A stretch of 62,000 nucleotides of DNA. It comes from Octopus vulgaris. Taxonomy: Eukaryota. Both the position numbers and the translations under genes were made by a program. This document shows positions 36,560 through 49,598 of the stretch, in pieces (the stretch's first letter is position 1; every line of letters starts with the position of its first letter). The DNA lies in assembly GCA_951406725.2 (NCBI GenBank), contig OX597815.1, positions 189,802,001-189,864,000 of the forward strand. Reading direction: 5' to 3'. The notes under the pieces were generated by a model. The model was not told the DNA's origin. It saw nothing but the letters and a program-made list of their open reading frames with translations, and did no database searches.

Positions 36560-37662
36560 AACATAACATCGATGAATCCTTGACGAAGGAGTAGTACAGG
36601 TTTTTTTAACAAGCACAGAAGACAATACATTGTTTCCAGAGATAACACCACTGACAAGAGTAATGTGCACGGGTGGATTAGGAAATTTCAAGGCTCAGTG
36701 AATAGAAACCATGAATTCAAAGACCATCAACTACGACGACTAACTCGAATCGCCAGCGAGTGGCTGAAATGACTCATGTGCACAGACGAGTCTGGGGTTT
36801 GCAGAACAACTAGACTGTAATCATAAGCTTTACAGAAACGATTAGGGGACTGGCTATGGGAAAGTGTGTATAATGTGGGTACCTCGACAAATGCTGCTCG
36901 ATTTGTGGACAGAAGCCTGATCTGTTGGAAATGGTTGAATCAACAATGAAGATACGTTTTTGTTTCGATTTTGTGACAGGGGGGTGAAACGTGATCCGTA
37001 TCTTAATCATCTGGAAAGGAAGGCTCAGCCCGTGGAATGGTGTCAGATCTCTCCAAAACCTAAGCATTTCAAGACTCATCAATCAATACAGAAAGTCATG
37101 ATGACTGTCTGGTGGGGGGGATAACATTTGAGTCATTCAACTTGATTTACAACGTGGCTGTATCGTGAACCCTGGATGGTAGACTAAGACACTCAAAAAA
37201 GCTTAGCGAAGTTATTAGAAGGAAGAAACTGAACAAGACTGACATCGATTCACATTCACTCTGACAATGTGTGACCACAGGCACACCTTTGGCAATAAAT
37301 CAAGCAATCAGCAAATTGGCTGTCGGTGGTAACCCATTTATCGTACAGTCCGGATCTGACGCCTTTCGACTCCAATCTGTTTAATTCAATGAAGAATAGT
37401 CTTCGAGAACAATGATTTGAAGACATAGACGTGATGAAAGAGGTTGTGAAGCAGTGAGTACGACCGTGCACACCTCAAGTTCTTCAAAGAGGACCTGAGA
37501 ACTGGCTTTAACATTGACGCAAATGCATCACTTGTGATGCAAAGTGCATCGAGTAGATTTAATTTTATTACTCTATCGTCGTGCACAATTACAATTACGT
37601 ATGTTAGTCGATAAAATTGTTGCGCCATCTTTTGCATTACTTTTAGTATAACTCTCGTTGTA
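36560..37662 (+). pseudogene. Highly decayed mariner transposase
   Basis: Collinear motifs across frameshifts: SNVHGWIRKFQG (HTH), WVPRQM, FVTGGET, PKPKHFK..KVMMTVWW, HSDNV, SYSPDLTPFDSNLF, RKCITCD; TIR-like gcattacttttagtataactctcgt. Confidence 0.85.
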
Positions 37663-39585
37663 TTTTCGTCTCATTATTCATGACATTGAGACATTGCTAA
37701 TTCAGTAGTAACCCGCTGATGTCTAAGAACAAGCTTGTGTGTGTGCGTGTATGTGTATGAGGTTGGGTTAATATTTATAATTACTAAGGGCAGTGTTTCG
37801 TTTCCTGGCTAGAACGGACTATAAGCCATATCTAAAGATTTTTAGCCGAAAGTATGTTACGACAAACCTAAACCTACACGATGCTCGCGGGCAGACAAAG
37901 AAAAAAGGAACTGCTGCACATTTGAGATTTGTTAGTAGCTGTTCATCTTCCTTGATTATTACTTTATCCACTAAATAGCAGTAGATTTGCAAGCAGTGTA
38001 GCTGTGGACAGTTAAACAAGTAGCACAGCTGCTAACGAAATGACAGAGTTGATACGTGCAGCATACACCACTGTTCCTTCCTTTTTCTGTCGACGAACTT
38101 ACTGTGTGTATTAATGTAATGTTGACAGTCATCATAACAGATAGCGTTGGCAAAAAAATTTATAGATATCCTCAAAAATATAAGGAAGAAAAGAAGCAAA
38201 CAGTTAACACATTAGTAATTTAATATTCAAGATACCACAAAGTGTTAAATATACAAAATGATTTATCCACTTTACTGAAACCATTAATATCAGTGAGTTT
38301 ATAAGCAGTGCGTTGGTAAATAGTTAATGAATGTGTGTAGCTGCTGACGAAACTCTAAACAGAACTGAAATGTGCTGCACTGGCATTGGATGTCTACAGA
38401 GCTTCAAGGCCTTCCAAAAACGATAAATATTAAGAGTTCTTTTTTAAAGACAAAGAAATTCGCAGAAATTTCATCTGTAAAGTCGTTATGTATTCAACGT
38501 GTAAGCAGGATAAATTTGCTTTGGATAAACTTGTTCTGATAACGATCTTTTGAAAGTAGATCGTTCCTCGAATTTAACAGGTTGTGTGTATATTGCTAAA
38601 TCCAGAAACTGTAGAATATGGTTTGGTAAATTAAACCATTTAATAGAGCAATTTAAAATTTATGGTACTTTAATCATTTAGTCGCCATAGTGTTATGAGA
38701 GAGATATGAGCTTTCTTTTCTTGGGCAGCACTATACACTATTCTTTAATGCAATATAAAACAAAATAAAAAGTGCGAGCGCAATATTATTTGCTCTGTAG
38801 TTTGGAAAAATCTACGCGAAGAAAAATTTGCCAAACATGTTTGCGTAAATTTGATGTGTTAAAGTGAAGGATATTGCAATTTGAATAAATTATTTGTTCG
38901 AAATGCTGCAAAACTTCATCCACACACACTGGTAAAAGCAAAGCATTTTAGGAGAAAAACGTGTTTTATCTGATCTTTAAAGGGCAGTATTTGAGGAAAA
39001 ACAAAAGAATACAACCTATAGAAAATGAATGAAGGTAGGTGATGAGATTGCATTGAATTCTTCTTTATAATAAAAACTTTTGAAATAATTTATAAATATC
39101 AACAAGCGTACGTGAAGGTTTCTTCTAAATGAAAGAAGTCAAAGAAATCTCCTTCAATACTTAAATCAAAAATTGGATGTAAAATGTTCTTGTTATCACA
39201 CCGATGGATAGATTAAGTCATGCTTTTTTCTTCAGAAAAATGGTAATTTACGTTCATGTGGATATAAAAAAAAAAGAAATTGCTATTCTTTGTGAGGTGG
39301 GCCACAACGTATTCCAAACCCCACAAAATACTGAAAATAAGGTAGTTCTAACTTCTCTACTTACTACAAAGGGAATATGTTCACACTGCCAGAATATTGG
39401 TTTTTACAGTAAAGAAAGGATTTGTCGGGCTTAGAACTATTACAAGTATGGATGAAAGTAGAGTGAAATTCTTAGTTCTTCAAGAAAGAAAGAAAAGCCT
39501 ACAGCAACTGCCAAGAAAGTCTAGGACTGCAAGCAGCAAAATTGCTTCCAGAAGGATTATTACAAAAAGTTATAAAGCCGGAAGT

Positions 39586-39835
39586 GGATGCGTGTGGCTT
39601 AGTGGTTAGGGTGTCAGCATCATGATCGTAAGATTGTGGCTTCGATTCCTGGACCGGGCGATTCGTTGTGTTCTTGAGCAAAACACTTCATTTCACGTTG
39701 CTATAGTTCACTCAGCTGGCAAAAATGAGTAACGCTGCGATGGACTGGCGTCCCGTCCAGCTGGGGGACACATACGCCATAGAAACTGGGAAACCGAGCC
39801 CATGAGCCTGGCTAGGCTTTAAAAGGGCGCATTTA
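39586..39835 (+). mobile_element. tRNA-derived SINE with a Meta/V-like central block and tail F
   Basis: A-box tggcttagtgg, B-box gcttcgattcc; ttgtgttcttgagcaaaacacttcatttcacgttgct..cactcagctg; tail gatggactggcgtcccgtccag..gaaactgggaaaccgagcccatgagcc. Domain names are from memory. Confidence 0.8.
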
Positions 39836-39939
39836 TTTTTATTTATTAAGCAGGTAGGGATAACCCAGAATGTTATCTATGCAGACCGGGTGAGATATTC
39901 TACTTTGGCTGCATTTCAAAAACTGTGAATCAGGTGGTG

Positions 39940-40190
39940 GTGGTGGTGGGGGTGGGGCGGGGGGGAGTTGAAATCAAAGTATGGGATATATTTTCACCTG
40001 CAGGTGTTGGAAAGCATGTAAGATACGAACATTCAATTACGGCTTTTGAATACATAAAGAATTACAAAACCAGTTATTTCCCAGACTGTAGAAGTTATTT
40101 CTTGGAGTAAAAGACAACAAAGAAATCATTTTTCAATAAGACAATGCTTCTGCCAATACAGCGAAGGCAACAAAATAAAAAAATAAAGTG
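39940..40190 (+). pseudogene. Tc1-type transposase remnant
   Basis: IKVWDIFSPAGVG.. and IIFQ*DNASANTAKAT match the Tc1 motifs VMVWGCFS..GVG and FQQDNAP.HTAK. Confidence 0.65.
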
Positions 40191-41109
40191 AAGGCTCATG
40201 ATATTCCACAAAGATTTATAGAGGTATTTCTGTATATTGGCTTGTACTTATAGATTTTTAAACAAAATATTACAAAAACTGATTAAAAATTAATTTGGCT
40301 ACTTTTTGTTCCTAGGTCTACACATATGTATGCATGCGCATTCATACCTGTGCGTGTGTGTATATTTTACATACTATATGTGTAGTGCTCTCAAACCCAC
40401 TCACCTGACGACGTGCTATTGGCTGGATCATGTTTATATAATATTTAAAACATATATAATATGGAAAACTCAGCAGTCAACAGCTGACGCTAATGCACGG
40501 AAACAATTGTTGTGTCTTGGATTTATAGCTCAGTCATTCCATCTTCTTGTGTTATAAAATTATCCATCCATTTATCCACCCATACATACATACATACATA
40601 CATACATACATAATTTATAAGGAAATAATTGACAGTGGCATGGAAACTTCGTTCTTGATGGACTTGTCAGACTCTGAGTTCTGTATTCTTAAGTATTGGT
40701 TATATACTTGGCTCCATCATATGTGTGGAGTACAATCAGCGCCATATAAACGTGGTCTGTAACGTATAGTTGTTTTTTGAGTTAAAGAAAAATTGGATCG
40801 AGAAGTATATAGTATTGTTAAGAATTAGTTATACTTTTTTAATCCAATTTTTATTTAATTCAGAGCTGCTTCTCATGGTTTAGAATGTATAAATAATTCT
40901 TAAGAATGCAAGCATACATATATGCACGTATATAACATATAATGTATGTGCGTATACGCGGTGTTAATATGTGTGAATATACGTCTACATGTGTGTGTGT
41001 GTACGTGTGTGCATATATGTGTGTGTGAATCTATGTATGACTACATGTGTTTGTATGTGTAGTATACGTATATGCATATAATGCGTGTATGTTTAATTGA
41101 GAAAGTGAT

Positions 41110-41546
<437 letters not shown>

Positions 41547-42152
41547 CGGCAATTAGTGTACACTCGTTTCACTTCTTTGAAGTAGTTCCAAGCAGTAAAA
41601 TAAAAGCAAAGCCGTCCACCTGTCTAATATATACCTATTTTCATGTCAATCACTCAGGGAAAAAGAAACAGAAATCACAAAAGTGGGAAGAACTGATTGT
41701 GTAAAGGTGTGACGTATTTTTTTTTACTGAACAACAGAGTTCTTCCTTGTCTTTGAGGCAATAAAATGGTTTGTTTTTAGCGGTTCTCTGATGTTTTTTA
41801 ATGCAATACGATGTCATTTCGTTTACTTTCATTGGCATGTGATTGTTTTTGGAATGTATTTTAGACATAGGTTTTACTGTGACGAATCGAGTTTACTCTC
41901 TTACTGTGGCAGGTATTGGTTTTTTTGAAACGTGTTACAGATGTAGAGTTTATTGAAATGGATACGTCCAATCGGAAATACGCTATCAGCTATAAATGTG
42001 GATTTCGATGTGAATTTAATTGAAAAGGATTATGATGATTCGGAGAGGTGTTGACCTCTTAGTTTGATGTTTTGAAATATTAATTTCATTGAAAGATTAT
42101 TTTAAAATGTAAAATTTATAACTACTGGAGTATCGGAAGCGAAAAATGTAAA

Positions 42153-42253
<101 letters not shown>

Positions 42254-42307
42254 GTATATATTGTGTGTGTGTGTGTGTGTGTGTATGTGTGTGTGTGTGT
42301 ATGTATA

Positions 42308-42383
<76 letters not shown>

Positions 42384-42404
42384 CACACACACACACACAC
42401 AAAA

Positions 42405-42716
42405 TTTTACAATGGAAAAGTTCTTAAGCAGATCAGGCCGAAAATGTCACTAGAAGCTAGGATCACCAAGCATAGATTGGCATATTTTGGTCATATTATG
42501 AGGAGAAAATCCCTGGAGAAGGATATCATGCTCGGAATGGTCAGTGGCAAGAGAGGAAGAGGCCGACCAAGAACCCGCTGGCTTAACGCCATCAAGAGTG
42601 ATACCGGAATGGACATAGCCAGTCTGAAAGAAGCAGCCCAGGATAGAACTGACTGGAGGACACTGATCCATGGCATAACCGAGAGTCGACTTCGACTGAG
42701 CGGATAGATAGATAGA
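42405..42716 (+). mobile_element. 5'-truncated RTE/BovB-like LINE with (GATA)n tail
   Basis: [76 protein letters not shown]; stop codon 42705-42707 lies in the GATA tail. Confidence 0.92.
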
Positions 42717-42755
<39 letters not shown>

Positions 42756-43055
42756 TTAATAGTAGAGAATATAAAATTACAAGGCAACAGGGGAAAACAA
42801 ACTCAATTTAGTAATACTAAATCAAGTTTAACGATATATTATATATATAAAGAATTAAGAAATAGAACCTCCATGAAATTAATTCAATTAATAGTGAAAG
42901 ATATTATCAATAATAAAATTTAATTGTAACTATATTATTAATATTGTACTAACAGTTACTATACTAAATAATACTCATTAAATCGACTACGCGCGTTTCG
43001 TAACGATATATTTAAATTGACAATATCAAAATCAGTAATCTCCAAAATTTATATT

Positions 43056-44052
43056 AATATAATCTGTTGGTGCCAAATCAGGTAAGTATGGCGGGTGTGG
43101 CAGCACTTTGCAGTATTGCGTTCGAATGGCTTCCTTGGTCATATTGGCAATACGAGGCGCGGGCGTTGTCGTGCAGAAGAAGAACTCCATGCTGACGATT
43201 AGGGCTTTTCTCTTGAATAGTCGTGTTGAGTCATTCCATCTGTTGAGCATAGAGTTCCGAATTGGCCGTTTGGTTCCACTCAAGCAATTCGAAATGGATA
43301 ATCCCTTCCCAGTCCCACCATACGCACAACATCGTTTTACGAGGATGAAGAACTTGTTTCGCTAAGCCATTCCTTATGCTGCTTCATATTGATGTACCGG
43401 TACCATTTTTTTGTCACCAGTAACGATTTAGTAAAGAAATCATTGCTTGTGTCCATGAGTTGAGCGGTGATGAGCAAGCAAACCAGCAGAGATTGTGGCT
43501 CGTTGATTTTTGTTGTCACTTAAAGCATGCGGAACCCATGCTCGATACTGCTGAACATTTCCTATCGAGTGAAGATGCTTCTCTATAGCAGCGTGGTAGC
43601 ATTCCATTTTCCATGCCAGTTCCTTTGTCGTTTGATGAGAAGTTGGTTTAATCGCTCTTCATCGAACTCAACTAGATGGCCAGAACAAGGCGTGTTTTTG
43701 AGGTCAAAATTTCCATTTTTGAACTTGACATACCAATCATGAGCGGTTCTTTTAGTAATGGCACCCTCTCCATACACAGCACAAATGTCACGAGCAGCTT
43801 TTGCGGCCTTAGAGCCTTGATTCAAAGCAAAAAGAAGGAGGTGTCGAAAATGCTTATTTTCCTTAACTTGACATTGCATTTTAATGATCTGAAAATAAAC
43901 AAAAATAAACTAAAATTAACTAGAAAAAATACAAAACACATTCCAAAATTATTCAAAAATAGAATTCACGAAAAAAATAGATTCCAAAATTTAAAAACGC
44001 AATAAATTCCAAAATTTTAAAAAACGGCGGGAACTTAGTTGCCAACTCAATA
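43056..44052 (-). mobile_element. 3'-truncated, frameshifted mariner (DD34D) with 5' TIR
   Basis: ATG at 43879: MQCQVKENKHFRHLLLFALNQGSKAAKAARDICAVYGEG..; WVPH, VTGDKKW, HDNAR, HPPYLPDLAPTD (34 residues between the 2nd and 3rd D after one frameshift); TIR ..gaacttagttgccaactcaaTA. Confidence 0.95.
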
Positions 44053-44079
44053 TATGAACCATAACGCATATATGACAGA

Positions 44080-44461
44080 CTAGCAGTATCGCCCGGCGTT
44101 GCTCAGGTTTGTAAGGGAAATAACTATAAAGCATTTTTAGAGAGTTATAACCAAAAAATAGCAAAAAAATGGAAAAAAATGATGGTAAATTTTTTTGAGA
44201 GTTAAAAAAGGATGGAGTTGCGTCCCCTAGACAGTTTGTGGTTCGTGTTTCTGATTCTCGACCCCATGTCGAATTTATCGATTTTTTTCAGAACTGGGGA
44301 AACTTTTCAAAATTTTGGCTGCGTTAGTTTTGAATTATGACATTGGGCTATGTGTGTGTCAAGTTTCATCAGAATCAGTTGAAAGCCGTGGTCAGGGTGA
44401 GGGTACAAGCAAACAGACACACAGAAACACGCACAGACAAACTGCCGTTTATATATAGAGA
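44080..44461 (-). mobile_element. Non-autonomous Helitron, copy 1
   Basis: Minus strand: A|TC start (atctctatatataaa), subterminal hairpin cctgagcaacgccggg, CTAG|T end; no TSD. Confidence 0.85.
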
Positions 44462-44505
44462 TATATATATATATATAAAACATATATAATATATTACACA
44501 TATAT

Positions 44506-44674
<169 letters not shown>

Positions 44675-44956
44675 TATAGATATGATGCACAACGCACCAT
44701 ATGTTTAATAATCTGAAATGTTTAATAAGAAATATCTAATGATAAACAATACAAATTTTAGCTTAGCTTCTGCTGCGGTGTGCAATATAATACATCTGGA
44801 CAGTTGTAAGCAAATGTTTATCAATAATCTACAATGTTTACAGAACTTAGAGACATGTTATTACTATGAAACCTTCTGACATGTATGGTTGATCAACCAC
44901 ATTAAACTGTGGTTCGGGTTATATAATCACTGTTTATCTCAAATATATTAACATAT

Positions 44957-45240
44957 TTCGTTTTTTGGATTTGGTTTGCAAGATTCTTTATATGAGTTCA
45001 TGTGTTGAAGCATATTCTATTGTGTCTGGGGAGAGTCATTTTCTTTTTGTGCCTTATTATGTAACACACACACCGGTAAAATTTCCACATTTTTCCACAA
45101 TTTTCAAAACTATTGAAAAGGTTGCAACACGCAACGAAAATTTTAAGAAAATAAAAATAAGAAAAACGTGGAAATTTTACCGGTGAGGGTGTTACATAAT
45201 AAGGTACAAAAAGAAAATTTTTCTCCCCAGACACAATAGA
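44957..45240 (+). mobile_element. Fold-back element F3 with 12-bp TSD
   Basis: ~75-bp inverted arms, one-sided ~55-bp tail on the left, TSD atattaacatat at 44945-44956 and 45241-45252. Confidence 0.85.
45110..45147 (+). ncRNA. Minimal hammerhead motif, U3-A8 variant core
   Basis: cta-TTGAAAA-G-GTTGC-aacac-GCAAC-GAA-AATT-T-taag. Confidence 0.55.
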
Positions 45241-45480
45241 ATATTAACATATATTAATATATATAACACTTTATACACTTCTGACTTGAACTTGGTATTT
45301 CTTTATGCAATAGTTTTTGGTTTCTCAATAGTTTAAAGTGAAGCAAAGATAATGTGATCTATTATTTGGGCCAAGATATACACACGACATAGAACAGAAA
45401 ATAAAAATATTGGTTTCAAATTTTCGTACAAGGCCAGCAGTTTTGGGGAAGGATCTAGGTTAATTACATCAACACGAATG

Positions 45481-45782
45481 TGGAGGCACATGGCTTAGTG
45501 GTTAAAACAGCGAACTCGCGGTCAAGGGATCGTGGGTTCGAATCTTTGACCGGGCGATATGTGTGTTTATGAGCGAAATACCTAAGCTCTACTCGACTCC
45601 GGCAGAAAGTAATGGTGAACTTCTGCTGACTCTTTCGCCACAACATTCTCTCACTCTTTCCTCCTGCATCTTGCAGCTCACCTGTGACGGACCGGCGTCC
45701 CATCCAGGTGAGGAAGCTATACCTCAAGGAAACCAGGAAACTGGCCCTTATGAGCCAGGTAGGGCTCGAGAAGGAACATTAA
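45481..45782 (+). mobile_element. Chimeric SINE: head and body of SINE-E with tail F
   Basis: The first ~180 bp match 8916-9100; the last ~100 bp match 39735-39820. Confidence 0.85.
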
Positions 45783-46276
45783 CACCAATGCTCAACTGAC
45801 ACTTAATTTATTATCCCCCGAGAGGAGGAAAAGTATAGTCGACTTCAGTGAAATTTGAACTCAGGACATAAAGATGGATGAAATGCTGCTAAGCACTTTG
45901 TCCAGTGCACAAACGATTCCGCCAGCTCAATGGCTTAGAAAGGACTAATCGCCATCATCATCATCATCCTCATTTAACATCCGCTTTCCATGCGGGCATT
46001 GGTTGGATGGTTTGACTGAGCACTGGTGTGCCAGAAGGCTGCACCAGGCTCCAATCTGATCTGGTAGAGTTTCTACAGCTGGGTGCCCTTCTTAATACCA
46101 ACCACTCCGAGAGTGTAATGGGCGCTTTTTACGTGCCACTGACATGGGAGCCAATCAGGCAGCACTGGCATCGACCACGTTCAGATGGTACTTTTTACAT
46201 ATCCTGTGTTTCAATTACTTACCAAATTTCAACAGTAGAAGAAAAGTTACATACATAACAGTATTTTTAGTTCTGT

Positions 46277-46452
46277 ATATAAGAGTTGAGGAATTATGTA
46301 CATTATTTACATTTGATGGATATTTGTCCTCATCTTGTTTGTTGTTAACACAACGTTTCGGCTGATATACCATCCAGCCTTCATCAGGTGTCTTGGGGAA
46401 ATTTTGAACCTGGGTTCTCATTCCTAAGGTATTTTTCGATGTCATTATTATT
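46277..46452 (-). mobile_element. Penelope pLTR-like short element carrying a canonical hammerhead
   Basis: Bounded by TA-rich sequence and a (TTA)/(GGT) tract; contains the ribozyme motif at 46347-46392. Confidence 0.6.
46347..46392 (-). ncRNA. Minimal type-I hammerhead ribozyme, canonical C3-G8 core
   Basis: gacac-CTGATGA-A-GGCTGG-atggtata-TCAGCC-GAA-ACGT-T-gtgtt; all core residues intact; palindromic ACGU stem III; GUU site. Confidence 0.85.
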
Positions 46453-47476
46453 ATTGTGGTGGTGGTGGCAGTGGTGGTGATGGTGGTGGTGGTGGTGCTG
46501 GTGCTGTTGCTGCTGCTAGTAATAGTAGTATTAATAGTAATAGTAGTAGTAGAAGCAGCAACTTTATACAGTAATATATAGTTTTTTTTATAAACAAAAT
46601 ACAAATGATTCAATATTGACAGTATTATATGAAAGTGAAGTACTCACACACACACACACACACACATGCACATCAAACAGTAATTTCTTTCATACAACAG
46701 ATACACCTAGTGAAAGTGAATAATTAATTCATTAATAAATAATTAGACTCTTGTAATGCTAATAATGATTATCAAAATTAAATAACCATAGTATATAGCC
46801 ACATATGAAAAGCCTGCAATTAGACAGCAAAATGTCTAACAGTTGGCAAACTTTATATTTCATTATATTAATTCCATTGATTACAGTTTGAATACAATGG
46901 CCGTTAGAGTTATTAGTAAACACTGCTTAATTCTTGGCTTATGATGTTGTTAAATATTTTACATCTTTACATGGATTTGTGTGTGTGAAGACGTGTGTTG
47001 GTAGTTGGAGTAATTAGTGAAATAAGTTAGTTATTGGAATAAAATATTTCTTCTTCTTTCAATCATTTGTAAAATTGGTAAAATATGGATTTGGACAGTA
47101 TTGTTTCCGTTACTTTGTCATTGGTGTTGGTGTTGTTGCTGCCTTTGTTTAGCTTCAGATCAACCTTTATAATTGAGGGCACTCCAGCTGTAGCCAATCT
47201 GTCATATTTTTATATTTATTTTATATTTATATATATTTATGTATATTTATTTTATATTTATATATATTTTTTTCAAGTAAATTTCATCTAAGAACACATG
47301 TTGCAATATATTATTTCTATTTTTTAAAGTGTGATATGAAAGATATACAGCTGCTATTTCTAGCATATCTAGTAACTATATAGACCAGACATTCTCAACC
47401 AGGCTCCATGCAATCCCTGGGAGTACACATATAAGTTTTGAGTATTCGCACAAGCAAAATAGTAAATTTCTGTGTT

Positions 47477-47514
47477 CCTTTCTGTCGAAGAGCATAGGCT
47501 CGAAATGTAAAAGA
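47477..47514 (+). ncRNA. Minimal hammerhead-like motif, U6 core
   Basis: cttt-CTGTCGA-A-GAGC-atag-GCTC-GAA-ATGT-A-aaag. Confidence 0.55.
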
Positions 47515-47694
47515 CTTTCTCACTTCCTGAGCATTAAGCTAATACATCAGTTTGTTGTTTACACACCCATCTTTGTCTTTTGTTTTTTCGTAAATTCTAC
47601 CTATATACTGTCACCTTTTATAGCATTTTATTTATATTCCTTCGATCTTATATAGCTCTAATACATCACAAATTTTTCTACACATATACATCTT

Positions 47695-48205
47695 TTATCT
47701 TTTATCTTTCACTTGTTTCAGTCATTTGACTGCGGCCATGCTGGGTCACCACCTTTAGTCGAGCAAATTGACCCCAGGACTTATTCTTTGTAAGCCTGGT
47801 ACTTATTCTATCGGTCTTTTTTGCCGAACCGCTAAGTTACAGGGATATAAACATACCAGCATCGGTCGTCAAGCAATGTTGGGGGGACAAACACAGACAC
47901 ACTTATATATACATATATACAATGGGCTTCTTTCAGTTTAGTAGACGGAAACTGAAAGAAGCCTGTCGTATATATGTATATGTATGTGCGCGTATATGTT
48001 TGTGTGTTTGTATTTGTCCCTCCAACATCACTTGACAACCGATGCAGGTGTGCTTACATCCTGTAACTTAGTGGTTCGACAAAAGAGACCAATAGAATAA
48101 GTACTAGGCTTACAAAGAATAAGTCCTGGGGTCAATGTGCTCGACTAAAGGTGGTGCTCCAGCATGGCCACAGTCAAATGACTGAAACGAGTAAAAGAGT
48201 AAGAG
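47695..48205. mobile_element. Two headless SINE-A copies fused head-to-head into a ~500-bp fold-back
   Basis: ggcttctttcagttt-agtagacgg-aaactgaaagaagcc at 47925-47963. Confidence 0.9.
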
Positions 48206-48718
48206 TATATATATACACACACACACATATATATATATATATAAGGCCCCCGTGCCGGTGGCACGTAAAAAGCACCATCCGTCCGTGGCCGTTTGCCAGC
48301 TCCGTCTGGCTCCTGTGCGGGTGGCACGTAAAAAGCACCCACTACACTCACGGAGTGGTTGGCGTTAGGAAGGGCATCCAGCCATAGAAACACTGCCAGA
48401 TCAGACTGGGCCTCGTGCAGCCTTCTGGCTTCACAGACCCCAGTTGAAACGTCCAACCCATGCGGACGCTAAATGATGATGATGATGATGATGATATATA
48501 TTATATATATATATATGTGTGTATGTATGTATGTGTGTATAAACACACACACACACACACACTGATATATGTACATGTGTATGTGTGCATATACATTTGT
48601 TTTGTTTGTACATGTCTGTAATTGCCTTGTTATGCTCATGTTCATACATAGACATATATTGCAGTAGTATATGTGGAGATATACCATATATGGGGTATAA
48701 CGTATGTCAGCATGCATG

Positions 48719-48753
<35 letters not shown>

Positions 48754-49510
48754 ATACTGTATGTAAATTCATTTCTGTTTGGAAATTATTTTTACTATAG
48801 GATTACATTTAAGTATACATTCGTATTCATGTGAAACTATCTGTATATATATATATATGTGTGTGAACATGCATGTAATATCAATGTGTATACACATATA
48901 ATATATGTGAACTTGTGTATTTATGTCTGTGTATACTTATTAAAGAGATTTAATTCTTTGAAGTACAAAATCCATTAAAATAAACTTTAACATGAATTAA
49001 GTAATCTTGCTTAGTTTGACCGACTTCAAAGACTCAAAATGCACTCCATTAATTCTATTTCATACAGAATTAGAATTTTTAAGCACCTCATACCCTTACA
49101 CTTAATCAGTATCATATAAGAATAAATATATGGGATAAGGGTAAACTCTAGATATTAATTAAAATACTATGCATTCCTATTACATAGCTATCGGCTTCTC
49201 TATGAACAAAACTTCAAATGGAATAAAATATTTTAAAAGTTTTGCAAATTACAAAGAAATGTTATGCAGTTTTTTCAAAACATATTTTATTGTCGACCAC
49301 AATAAAATTTTTTCAAGAAAAAAAAAAAAGTAATTTTAGTGGAAACATTCATGTTTCTAGAACATTCAGACTGTTAAGAATATGTTAATTAAATCAAAAC
49401 AAAGAATTTCTTATATGTAACAAATTTACATTTAACGCCATTTATCTTCAAGCTGCCAAGATAGAAAAAGAAAAAGAAAAAAAGCTCAGATAAATTTTAC
49501 ATCACTTCAG

Positions 49511-49598
49511 ATTGTGAAAGAGGAAGAATGTTCTGTTGCTAAACACTTGTTCCATAACTTGGAGCCAAATATCTCAATTCTTCTAAATACCAAAGCTG
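49511..49598 (+). other. Candidate internal coding exon of an unrecognised gene
   Basis: ttttacatcacttcag| acceptor, |gtaact donor, open frame IVKEEECSVAKHLFHNLEPNISILLNTKA; no homology recognised. Confidence 0.15.

Noticed and set aside
38335-38380. CTGACGA..GAAATGTG hammerhead-like relic
   Set aside because: Stem II is broken, there is a 3-nt insertion and the cleavage position is G; too decayed to call. Similar weak hits near 40485 and 55990 were also rejected.
39200-39434. ORF MDRLSHAFFFRKMVIY.. as a transposase remnant
   Set aside because: Only a vague resemblance to DDE motifs; not supportable.
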